A model generated the notes under the pieces. The model did not search any database. It was not told the origin of the DNA and was given only the letters and a program-made list of their open reading frames with translations. Below, piece after piece: positions 47,441 through 55,985 of a DNA stretch of 64,000 nt. The translations under genes were made by a program, and so were the position numbers. The DNA is from an uncultured Eubacteriales bacterium (GTDB taxonomy: Bacteria > Bacillota > Clostridia > Oscillospirales > Oscillospiraceae): assembly GCA_900321275.1 (NCBI GenBank), contig ONVI01000013.1:117-64116 (forward strand), written 5' to 3'. Position 1 is the stretch's first letter; each line of letters begins with the position of its first letter.

Positions 47441-49423
47441 ATGAAGAACATTTCCCGCCGCGACTTTCTGAAGGGCGCCCTGGCCGGCACCGCCGCCGCC
47501 GCGCTCAGCACCGTCACCGGTATCCCCGCCTCCGCGGAGGAAGCGAAGCTCTACACCCCCGGCACCTACACCGCCAGCGCCAAAGGCATTGCCAGCGACG
47601 TCAAGGTCACCATGGAGTTCAGCGAGACCGAGATTCTCTCCGTCGTCATCGACTCTGCCGGCGAGACACCCGAAATCGGCGGCAAGGCTGGCCCCCTGCT
47701 TGAGAAGGCCATCCTTGAGGCCCAGGGTCCGAACGTCGACGCTGTCACCGGCGCGACCGTCACCACCGACGCGGTCAAGAAGGCCGTAGCGGACTGCATC
47801 TCCCAGGCCAGCGGCAAGGCCGTTGTGGTCCAGGAGGCCGCCCCCGTTGTTTCCGACTGGCTGGGCGAGGCTCCCGAAATCGCGGAGGGCGATATCACCG
47901 AGACCCTGGATACCGAGATTCTGGTCGTAGGCTGCGGTACAGGCGGCTGGATCGCGGCGATGACCGCCGCCGAGGAGGGCGCAAAGGTCCTCGTCGTTGA
48001 GAAGGCCGAGACCCCCACCAAGATCAAGGAGGACATCGGCGCCATCAACTCCAGACTCCAGCTCGAGAGCTTCGATCAGTACCCCGAGTTCAAGATCAAC
48101 AAGATCGAGGCCCTGCAGGACATCGTCCGCTACGCCAGCGGCTATGTGGATTCCGATCTTGTCAAGGTCTGGATCGACAACTCCGGCGAGACCGTGGACT
48201 GGCTCACCGACCTGCTCGAGGGCACCGGCCACTGGTACATGAGCCTCGAGGGCGGCGTGGGCGACCTCAACCACCCCGAGCGCGACAAGGCCTATGCCAC
48301 CGGCCACAGCCCCCATCCCGTGGAGGGCAAGCCCGACGACGTGGACCTCAACTCCGATATGACCGAGTTCGTCACCAGCCGCGGCGGAGAGATCCGCTGC
48401 AACACCTGCCTCGTCAAGCTCGACCAGGACGCGGACGGCAAGGTCACCGGCATCATCGCCCAGGACATGAAGGACGAGCATTACATCCGCATCAACGCCT
48501 CCAAGGGCGTCATCATGGCCACCGGCGGCTACGCCTCCAACGGTGACATGATGCTGGCTCTCCAGCCCCAGACCATGAAGATGAAGATCAATGTCCCCAT
48601 GGGCTCCAAGTCCGACGGCGCGGGCATCAAGGCCATGCTCTGGGCGGGCGGCGAGATGGATCCCTGCCACGCCTCCATGATGTTCAACCGCTGCTCCTGC
48701 CTGCCCACCGAGACCGCCGGCTACAAGACCAACGGCAAGTGGTACTGGTTCGGCGAACAGCCCTTCCTCAAGGTCAACCTCAAGGGCCAGCGCTTCTGCA
48801 ACGAGTCCGGCCCCTATGAGTTTATGCTGCACTCCATGTACATGCAGCCGAACCACACCTACGTCGACATCTTTGATGCCAACTGCAAGCAGTATGCCGA
48901 GCAGTTTGACGAGGTCGGCTGCTGCCGCCTCTTCCCGTTCCCGAACGGCGCGATTTCCAACCGCGGCTTTGACGCCTGCTGGAAGGAAATGACCGAGGGT
49001 GAGAACTCCCACCTGGCCCTGGGCTACCTGCAGAAGGCCGACACCATCGCCGAGCTTGCCGAGAAGCTGAACATCCCCGCCGATGAGCTGGAAAAGACCG
49101 TCGCCCGCTACAACGTCCTGTGCGCCAAGGGCGAGGACGAGGATTACGGCAAGTCCGCCCACCGCATGACCCCGGTGGACACCGCCCCCTTCTACGGCAT
49201 CCGCACCGGCGCGTGGCACCTGACCACCCTGGACGGCTGCCGCATCAACACCGACATGCAGGTCATCCGCGAGGACGGCACCCCCATTGAGGGCCTCTAT
49301 GCCACCGGCGACTGCACCGGCGGCTTCTTCGCCAACAACTACCCCAACCTCTTCACGGGTCTCGCCTGCGGCCGCACCATGACCTTCGGCCGCCGCGCCG
49401 CCAAGATCCTCGCGAAGAAGTAA
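47441..49423 (+). CDS. Tat-exported flavoprotein reductase: FMN-binding domain + FAD-binding (fumarate/urocanate-reductase-like) domain
   Basis: Twin-arginine signal MKNISRRDFLKGALAGTAAAAL...ASA. FMN_bind motif 'DAVTGATVTTDAV'. FAD Rossmann 'ILVVGCGTGGWIAAMTAAEEGAKVLVVEK'. C-terminal 'GLYATGDCTGG'. Confidence 0.85.
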   Translation: MKNISRRDFLKGALAGTAAAALSTVTGIPASAEEAKLYTPGTYTASAKGIASDVKVTMEFSETEILSVVIDSAGETPEIGGKAGPLLEKAILEAQGPNVDAVTGATVTTDAVKKAVADCISQASGKAVVVQEAAPVVSDWLGEAPEIAEGDITETLDTEILVVGCGTGGWIAAMTAAEEGAKVLVVEKAETPTKIKEDIGAINSRLQLESFDQYPEFKINKIEALQDIVRYASGYVDSDLVKVWIDNSGETVDWLTDLLEGTGHWYMSLEGGVGDLNHPERDKAYATGHSPHPVEGKPDDVDLNSDMTEFVTSRGGEIRCNTCLVKLDQDADGKVTGIIAQDMKDEHYIRINASKGVIMATGGYASNGDMMLALQPQTMKMKINVPMGSKSDGAGIKAMLWAGGEMDPCHASMMFNRCSCLPTETAGYKTNGKWYWFGEQPFLKVNLKGQRFCNESGPYEFMLHSMYMQPNHTYVDIFDANCKQYAEQFDEVGCCRLFPFPNGAISNRGFDACWKEMTEGENSHLALGYLQKADTIAELAEKLNIPADELEKTVARYNVLCAKGEDEDYGKSAHRMTPVDTAPFYGIRTGAWHLTTLDGCRINTDMQVIREDGTPIEGLYATGDCTGGFFANNYPNLFTGLACGRTMTFGRRAAKILAKK

Positions 49424-49453
49424 TATAACAGAACTTTTCATAACATAATCATC

Positions 49454-49499
49454 GCATCCCTCATGGCCTTTCAGGCTGTGAGGGATGCAGCATCTTTTT
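49454..49499 (+). terminator. Rho-independent terminator of the flavoprotein gene
   Basis: GCATCCCTCA-(15 nt)-TGAGGGATGC followed by AGCATCTTTTT. Confidence 0.75.
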
Positions 49500-49810
49500 C
49501 GTGCCTGCATGGCTGTTTATCGCTCCCCTGCCGGTATGGTCATTATTCATAAAATTCGTTTGTGTATTTCGTACATTTTCCCTCTTGCCAAAAGCATGAT
49601 ATTCATGTATTGTGTGGACACGATAAAGAATGAGTGTGTGTAAAACAGCCGCTGAGGATCAAAAAGAGAAGGACTCCACATCAGGTCTATCCCACCTAAC
49701 GGGAATTGCGCGAGCCGCAGTTATTGTGTTTTGAGTGTTTCGGTGTTTGGTTCAGCGGTTTTATATATAAGAAAGCAGAGGTTAAAAGATGTTAGATACC
49801 AAAAATTTAA

Positions 49811-49866
49811 AGAAGTAAGCCCTGATCTGTTGTTGATGACGGTCGGGGCTTACTTCTTTTTTATCT
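49811..49866 (+). terminator. Rho-independent terminator ending an orphan plus-strand transcription unit
   Basis: 12-bp stem AGAAGTAAGCCC / GGGCTTACTTCT with a 23-nt loop, followed by TTTTTTATCTTTTTT. Confidence 0.7.
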
Positions 49867-50033
49867 TTTTTCTTTATATGGGTATCGGCTTGACACAGCA
49901 AGCTTCTCTGTATGACTGTAGGGGCGATTCACGAATCGCCCGGCGGCAGAGGCCACGTCCGGCGAATGCGCCTGGTTGTTTGCTGAATAAACCCGATACC
50001 CAGATTATCTTTTTTCTTTATTTATGCTTTCCG

Positions 50034-50062
50034 CCTGCCGTACGGCAGGTTTTCTTTTTTTG
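50034..50062 (+). terminator. Plus-strand terminator facing the 3' end of the convergent ABC ATPase gene
   Basis: Palindrome CCTGCCGTACGGCAGG followed by TTTTCTTTTTTT on the plus strand only. Confidence 0.65.
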
Positions 50063-50070
50063 GGCAGCGC

Positions 50071-50808
50071 TCACAGAACCTTGTTGAGGAACGTAACCAG
50101 TCGGGGACTTTCGGGGTGGTCGAAGAGCTCATGGCTGGGCTTGTCCTCTTCGATCCGACCGCCGTCCAGGAAGATGGTGCGGCTGCTGACTTCGCGGGCA
50201 AAGCGCATCTCATGGGTGACGACGATCATGGTCATCCCATCCTCGGCAAGCCGCTTCATAACGTCCAGCACCTCGCCGATCATTTCGGGGTCGAGTGCGC
50301 TGGTGGGCTCGTCAAACAGCATAACCTCCGGCTCCATCATCAATGCCCGCACAATGGCGATGCGCTGCTTCTGCCCGCCGGAGAGCTGATAGGGCCAGGC
50401 GTCCGCACGGTCGGCCAGACCGACTTCACGCAGCAGCTTCATGGCCATCTCCTCCGCCTGGGCCTGGGGCTTCTTCTTGATGCGCATGGGCGCGTCGATC
50501 AGATTGTGCAGGACATTCGCGTTGTTGAAAAGGTTGAACTGCTGGAACACCATGCCCATCTTCTGGCGGTGGAGGTTGATGTCCTGATTCTTGTCGCAGA
50601 TATCCACCCCGTCGAAAATCACCTGACCGGAGCTGGGTTCCTCCAGCAGGTTCAGGCAGCGCAGGAAGGTGCTTTTGCCGCCGCCGCTGGGGCCGATGAC
50701 GGAGACCACCTCATTGCGGCTGAAGCTGGTGGTGATGCCCTTGAGAACCTCCAGCTTGTGGAAGTTTTTATGCAGGTCGATTACTTTGAGAAATTCATCC
50801 TTTGCCAT
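50071..50808 (-). CDS. Polar amino acid ABC transporter ATP-binding protein (GlnQ-like)
   Basis: 'GPSGGGKST', 'LSGGQKQR' and '[10 protein letters not shown]'. Confidence 0.93.
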   Translation of the reverse strand: MAKDEFLKVIDLHKNFHKLEVLKGITTSFSRNEVVSVIGPSGGGKSTFLRCLNLLEEPSSGQVIFDGVDICDKNQDINLHRQKMGMVFQQFNLFNNANVLHNLIDAPMRIKKKPQAQAEEMAMKLLREVGLADRADAWPYQLSGGQKQRIAIVRALMMEPEVMLFDEPTSALDPEMIGEVLDVMKRLAEDGMTMIVVTHEMRFAREVSSRTIFLDGGRIEEDKPSHELFDHPESPRLVTFLNKVL

Positions 50809-51490
50809 GGCTCATCCTCTTTTCCATCCATGCAATCAGCCGTCCGCCCAGGAAGGTCATGCAGAAATACAGTATGGCGGCGATGGCGAGACTTGCAAGC
50901 GTCCGGTAGGTGACGGCGATCACATCCTTGGTCCGGAACATCAGATCCGCAATGCCGATCACGGACACGATGGAGGATTCCTTGATCACAGTCACAAATT
51001 CATTGCCGAGGGCGGGGAGAATATTCCGGACCGCCTGCGGCAGTATGATGTACATCATCGCCTGGGTGTGGCTGTAGCCGATGCTGCGCGCCGCCTCCAT
51101 CTGGCCGCTGTCCACCGCCTGAATGCCGGAGCGGATCACCTCCGCCACATAGGCGCAGCTGTTAAGACTCATGGCGACGATGCCGGCGGTAAAGCGGCTG
51201 AAATCCGGAATAAAGGGAATGTCCGGGAAAGAAACGCCGATCATCGGCAGACCGTAAAAAATGAACATAAGCTGAACCATCAGCGGGGTGCCGCGGATGA
51301 ACTCGATATAAGCGGTGGCGATGAGGCGCAGCGGCATAAACTTGCTCATGCGCAGCATGGCAAGCAGCGTGCCCAGGATGGTGGCGATGAGCACCGAAAA
51401 GGCCGAGATGATCAGCGTGTTGCGGATACCCTCGGTGAAAAAGCTGTGATAGCGGGAGAAGAGCAGTGACATATCACTGAAAAAAGACAT
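50795..51490 (-). CDS. Polar amino acid ABC transporter permease (His/Glu/Gln/Arg family)
   Basis: 231 aa. '[10 protein letters not shown]' and an EAA-like loop '[22 protein letters not shown]'. Confidence 0.9.
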   Translation of the reverse strand: MSFFSDMSLLFSRYHSFFTEGIRNTLIISAFSVLIATILGTLLAMLRMSKFMPLRLIATAYIEFIRGTPLMVQLMFIFYGLPMIGVSFPDIPFIPDFSRFTAGIVAMSLNSCAYVAEVIRSGIQAVDSGQMEAARSIGYSHTQAMMYIILPQAVRNILPALGNEFVTVIKESSIVSVIGIADLMFRTKDVIAVTYRTLASLAIAAILYFCMTFLGGRLIAWMEKRMSHGKG

Positions 51491-51579
51491 TGTTATGATT
51501 CCCTCCGAATAACAGAAAGCCAGCCAAGACGGGTTTTGCCGCCTTGGCTGTGCTTGGCGTCAGCATGAAGACAGAAGCA

Positions 51580-52404
51580 TTACAGGCCCATCTTGGAGGC
51601 CAGCGCGACGGCATCGTCGTAGGCCTTCTGATAGCTGCCGTCGGCCACCACAGCGGCGATGACCTCATTGACCGCAGCGATCAGATCCTCGTTGCCCTTG
51701 GAAATGACGACGGATTTGCCGAAGGAGGCTTCCTCGGCGGAGAACTCGAACTTGGACACGGCAAGGGCGCCGTTGCTGTTGGCGACGATGGAATCGCCCA
51801 CGGCAGAGTCAACCACCAGACCGGCAATGTTGCCGACGGTGACCTCAAGGGCCAGTTCGGGATACTTGTCCAGCTCGAAGAGCTTGCTGTCGGGCAGGGC
51901 CTTGGTGATGAGCTGGGACTGGATGGTGCCCTTCTGCGCGCCGACCTTCAGCCCGGCCAGAGATTCCTTGGTGGCGTATTTGTCAACGTTGCCCGCGGCA
52001 ACCACCAGATACTGCATGCTGGTCTCATAAAGGTCGGAGAAATCAATGACCTCCGCGCGCTCCGGCGTGTTCGTGAAAGCGGCAATGCCAAGATCGACCT
52101 GACCTGCCTGAACGGCGGGAATGATGCCGTCGAAGCTCATGTCGACGATCTCAAGCTTCACACCGAGGGCGTCGGCGATCTTCTGGGCGAGGAACATGTC
52201 GCAGCCGACAAAGTTTGCATCCAGATCCTTGAACTCATAGGGGGCGTACTGGGCCTCCGTGCCGACGACGAGCTTGCCCGAGGATTTGATCTTGGCCATG
52301 ACAGGGCCGTCGGCTTCCGCGGCGGATGCGGGGAAGGAAGCGAAGAGGGAAATCATCATCAAAAGGCAGAGAAGCAGTGCGCCGATTCTTTTTACGTTTT
52401 TCAT
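51580..52404 (-). CDS. Polar amino acid ABC transporter substrate-binding protein (family 3)
   Basis: Signal peptide. 'LVVGTEAQYAPYEF' and 'GFDVD-like IADALGVKLEIVDMSFDGIIPAVQAGQVD'. Confidence 0.9.
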   Translation of the reverse strand: MKNVKRIGALLLCLLMMISLFASFPASAAEADGPVMAKIKSSGKLVVGTEAQYAPYEFKDLDANFVGCDMFLAQKIADALGVKLEIVDMSFDGIIPAVQAGQVDLGIAAFTNTPERAEVIDFSDLYETSMQYLVVAAGNVDKYATKESLAGLKVGAQKGTIQSQLITKALPDSKLFELDKYPELALEVTVGNIAGLVVDSAVGDSIVANSNGALAVSKFEFSAEEASFGKSVVISKGNEDLIAAVNEVIAAVVADGSYQKAYDDAVALASKMGL

Positions 52405-52477
52405 AGGGAAACCTCACTTTCAAGCAATTATGCATATACACAGTGAATATTCATTTTATTCCCTTTGTACATACATA

Positions 52478-52505
52478 ATTATACAGGTTTTTTGGCATTT
52501 GTAAA
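52478..52505 (-). promoter_or_regulatory. Sigma-A-type promoter of the amino acid ABC operon
   Basis: Minus strand reads TTTACA-16 nt-TATAAT, with TG immediately upstream of the -10. Confidence 0.55.
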
Positions 52506-52722
52506 GTTTCAGATTTGACAAAAGACATCAGGGAGCAGGTTCGTTTGTTGTACAAAAGTACCGAACCATATATAGCTCCGCACCCGTCAACGGTTTTATA
52601 CTATCCGGATCGGAGGCGCGGAACCGGAAAACCGTCGGCACTGTCACTGCGGCCGTGCCGGCGCATTTCCTTGCCCGCACCCACAACCATGACGGCGCAA
52701 AACGCATGAAGTGCATGATGAT

Positions 52723-53271
52723 TTATATTTGGCTTTTTGCTGATTCCATGATGCCCTCAACATCCGCCCCGACAATGTCGAGTCCCGCAGCTGATATCAG
52801 TCTGAATTCGGGAATGCCGTAAAAACCCTGTGCCAGCGCTTTGACATATCCGGCCCCGTATTCCTCCGGAAAGCAGTTCCCGCCGACAGTCGTGATATAG
52901 GTAACGCATTTCGCTCTGCACAAGCCGGTCGGTATCCCTTCCGGCGTGTAATAGAACGTGATTCCGCGAACATTGATCTGCTCAAAATACTGCTTCAGCG
53001 CAGCGGGGAAAGACAGATCCCAAAACGGTGCGGCAATCACGATATCATCCGCATCGGCAAATTGTCTTGCAAGATCAAACATCGGATCGTTGAAATCCCT
53101 CTGCGCAATCAGCCGATCCCGCCTGTTGAGAAAGCTTTCATCGACGGTCGGGAAGTCGATTGCATTCAGATTTACTTCCTCGTAAGCTTCCTTTTGTTTT
53201 GACAGGAAATGATCCGCCAGCTCTTTTGTTCTGGATCCTTTCCTTACACACGCATTGATAAAAAGATTCAT
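52723..53271 (-). CDS. Flavodoxin-fold NAD(P)H-dependent oxidoreductase (azoreductase/ACP-phosphodiesterase-like)
   Basis: Start at MNLFINACVRKGSRTKEL (AAGGAGG RBS), plus 'DIVIAAPFWDLSFPAALKQYFE'. Confidence 0.8.
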   Translation of the reverse strand: MNLFINACVRKGSRTKELADHFLSKQKEAYEEVNLNAIDFPTVDESFLNRRDRLIAQRDFNDPMFDLARQFADADDIVIAAPFWDLSFPAALKQYFEQINVRGITFYYTPEGIPTGLCRAKCVTYITTVGGNCFPEEYGAGYVKALAQGFYGIPEFRLISAAGLDIVGADVEGIMESAKSQI

Positions 53272-53511
53272 CCCCGTCCTCCTTCTGTTGATAATACGCA
53301 AACGCCCCTGCGGATGAACGATTCCGCGGCGGCGTTTGAATGTTAAGGCAATACCGCACAATTCGGCAAGAGCAGATTTCGAGAAAAATTGAGTTCTGAT
53401 GAAGGCAGTTTTTCGCAGGAATACTCTGTGTATTTCAAGACGCAATTTTTCCGAAAGATGCCGAAGACGGATTATGCGGTGTTGCCTTAAGGCAGCGGAA
53501 AGCGCTCAGTA

Positions 53512-54975
53512 TCATTTGCCGGCGTAAAACTCAGTCCTTGTCGGGTTGGCCTGAATCAGAACCGAGCTCTGCTGGAAGGTCTCGAGCATTTCATCCGCCG
53601 CGGCATGAACGGCTTCCTCGGTCGTATCGCTCAGATAAATCACCAGGGTGTATTCCTGATAAAGCTTGTCGTCTCCGACCCAGCCGCCAAGCGCGTCCTG
53701 TATGGTATAGCCGCCGAAATGGCGAATCAGAATGTCCTTCAGCTTCTCCTGCGCTTCGGCCTGCGTGAACACCGGTCTGTTCGTGTCCTTGTCGTTCGTG
53801 CCGAGATACAGCACATACTGAACACCCTCGCTCGTCTCCGGCTCAGCCGCAGATTCAGCCGGGGCCGGAGCCGGAGCCGCCTCCCGGTTCTCCGCCAGAT
53901 CCTCAGCCCAGTGGAATACGCCTGTCTTGATCACATTGTCGCCGTAGATCGTGCGGAAATCGTCCCGCATGGAAATCACATGGAAACCGTTCTCTGCCCA
54001 CTTCTCCTTCAGCGGCGCAGTCTTTTCGGGGTTGCCGTAGTCGCGCACATCGTCGTCCGCGACCAGCATGAAGGCCGCGCTGCGATAGGGATTGTTGTTG
54101 ATCGTGTACATGTGCATGCTCACGTCGCCGCTGCTGTTGCCGAAGGAGAGCACCGGCTTGTGACCGATCTCCTGGACAATCTGCCTGACCTTGTTCATTT
54201 TCAGGTTTTTGATGAGGAGTCTGTCCGTTCGGACGATGTCGTCCCCTGCTTTGAAGACGTATTGCAGCCCGTCCTCACCGTTCTGGCCGGTCGCCTCGAG
54301 CTCCACATCCATGCCGATGATATTCTCATAGGGGATGTCCAGGACACCTTCGGTAAAGGTACGGCAGATGAAGCGATCGGTACCCGAGCAGATATAGACC
54401 TTGAAATCGTTGTCCTGCAGGTACTCTACGACCTCGATCATGGGCAGGTAGAAGGACAGCGCCCAGGTCATGCCCTCAAAGCCGTCCGCGCTGCGGAGCA
54501 GACACCTGTTCACAAAATCGGCAAACTCCTTGAGCGTCATACCGGCATAGGCGCCGGCCGCGTGCCGGGCGTGCAGCAGATCCATGCCGTCGGGATAGGA
54601 CTTGTCGATCGCATGATCGCGCAGCATGCGGCCGAACTCCAGCATCTCGGCGTCCGGCGTATAGGTGGGATCCTTCAGGATGCGCCAGGCCAGCAGATAG
54701 TATTCCAGATAGGTCGGGCACAGCTCGGCACAGAGCGTCCCGTCCATATCGAATACGGCGATGCGGTCGGCAGGCGGAATATAGTCCGGTGATTTTTTGT
54801 CCGTCACAGCCTCTACATACTCAATCAGCGCCCCCAGCGCAGGCGCGCCGTCGTTCCAGTCTGCGAAGATTTCCTCATACTCGTACGTTTCCTCAGCCGA
54901 GGCAAATGCGCCGCCGAAGCAGCACAGGCCGAGCATGATTGCCAGGACAAGGCAGCTCGTGATAAGTCTTTTCAT
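53512..54975 (-). CDS. Secreted two-domain protein: HAD-superfamily phosphatase + C-terminal DUF3574-like domain
   Basis: Signal peptide ending AFA|SAEE. HAD motif I 'FDMDGTL' and motif IV 'GNSSGDVSM'. Ala/Pro/Glu linker. C-terminal 'YVLYLGTN...FGGYTIQDALGGW...TFQQSSVLIQ'. Start set to the second ATG after AAGGAG. Confidence 0.75.
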   Translation of the reverse strand: MKRLITSCLVLAIMLGLCCFGGAFASAEETYEYEEIFADWNDGAPALGALIEYVEAVTDKKSPDYIPPADRIAVFDMDGTLCAELCPTYLEYYLLAWRILKDPTYTPDAEMLEFGRMLRDHAIDKSYPDGMDLLHARHAAGAYAGMTLKEFADFVNRCLLRSADGFEGMTWALSFYLPMIEVVEYLQDNDFKVYICSGTDRFICRTFTEGVLDIPYENIIGMDVELEATGQNGEDGLQYVFKAGDDIVRTDRLLIKNLKMNKVRQIVQEIGHKPVLSFGNSSGDVSMHMYTINNNPYRSAAFMLVADDDVRDYGNPEKTAPLKEKWAENGFHVISMRDDFRTIYGDNVIKTGVFHWAEDLAENREAAPAPAPAESAAEPETSEGVQYVLYLGTNDKDTNRPVFTQAEAQEKLKDILIRHFGGYTIQDALGGWVGDDKLYQEYTLVIYLSDTTEEAVHAAADEMLETFQQSSVLIQANPTRTEFYAGK

Positions 54976-55052
54976 GATTCTACTCCTTTTGAAGCGTCTT
55001 TTCATAGGGTCAGCCGCGCGCGGGCGCAGGATATCGCTGTGCGCCGCTGTGT

Positions 55053-55985
55053 TTATGCGTCATCACACAGGATCTTGAAGGCGGAGGTATAGGCGTAGAT
55101 GAGCGGATCGTCGTAACGGAAGAAAATCATGCCGTCCGCGGGACTCTGCATGGTTTCGAGAATTTCTCCGGTGCAGGGATCAATGATTTCCGCCAGCGCC
55201 TGTCCGGCGGTGACACGGACGTTTTGGGGAACCAGATTGCGATACAGGCCGGATTGACCGGTACGGACATTCAGCAGCTCGTCATATCGGAAAATACGCC
55301 CGTGCGCGGCGGGAGCCGGGCTTCCCTTCAAAATACCGCTGCAGATCATAAAGCGCTCCACCGCGTCGACGGCCAGCTCCGCCTCCAACGCGCTGATCTC
55401 TGCGGTGGTGCCGGAGTAGATGCTGTAGGCGTCGGTCTCCCAAATCTGCCAGTTGTAATTCAGGGTAGCGGTATCGTAGGGCCGCGGCTCGCGCACCACG
55501 ATGTACGGCAGGCCGAAGCCGCGGGCCTTCTCCGGATCTTCGTAGCCCGTGTGTATCATCTGGACATAGGGCTGGAACTCTCCAGGCATGTAGAAGGAGG
55601 TAAACTGAATGCCGATGGGATATTTGTTGACGATCTCAAAGATTGCGCCCGCGATCCGCTGGGTGGTCTCGCCCAGCGCGTAGCCGGGAAACATCCGGTT
55701 GATGTCGGTGTTGTCGATGCACCAGAAGCGCTTGCCGATGTTCATGGACGCGGGGTTGACGGTAGGGATCACCATGACCTGCCTGTTCTCCGCGAAACGC
55801 CCCTGAGCCTCCAGCTTTTTCAGGCGCTGCAAAACACGGGAGCAGGTGTATAGCTGCTGGTACTCGTTGCCCCGGGAGCTGCCCACGATGCACAGCGCCT
55901 TTTCGCCCTCGCCGAAGGTAAAGGCGCGGATGCGGAAGTCGTCCCGGTAGATATTGGATATCCGGAAGATGATGCTCTCTTTCAT
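55053..55985 (-). CDS. Degenerate M14 (succinylglutamate desuccinylase/aspartoacylase-type) paralog lacking metal and catalytic residues
   Basis: 310 aa and colinear with the upstream paralog. It reads 'GSSRGNEYQ' where 'GIHGDELEG' is expected, 'IQFTSF' for 'FDIHAS' and 'SIYSG' for 'VVEMG'. It keeps 'DINRMFPG'. Confidence 0.75.
   Translation of the reverse strand: MKESIIFRISNIYRDDFRIRAFTFGEGEKALCIVGSSRGNEYQQLYTCSRVLQRLKKLEAQGRFAENRQVMVIPTVNPASMNIGKRFWCIDNTDINRMFPGYALGETTQRIAGAIFEIVNKYPIGIQFTSFYMPGEFQPYVQMIHTGYEDPEKARGFGLPYIVVREPRPYDTATLNYNWQIWETDAYSIYSGTTAEISALEAELAVDAVERFMICSGILKGSPAPAAHGRIFRYDELLNVRTGQSGLYRNLVPQNVRVTAGQALAEIIDPCTGEILETMQSPADGMIFFRYDDPLIYAYTSAFKILCDDA

Noticed and set aside
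49731-50087. 118-aa plus-strand ORF in the AT-rich island.
   Set aside because: It has no RBS, reads through two terminators and repeat elements, and is Phe/Leu-rich from T-tracts. It is not coding.
52510-52722. GC-rich 210-bp spacer with several short stems between the azoreductase-like gene and the ABC-operon promoter, and two roughly 60-aa track ORFs.
   Set aside because: The ORFs lack an RBS and overlap each other on opposite strands. I recognised no riboswitch or T-box consensus (no GGUGGNACCGCG, SAM or lysine cores). It probably holds 3'-UTR or terminator structures.
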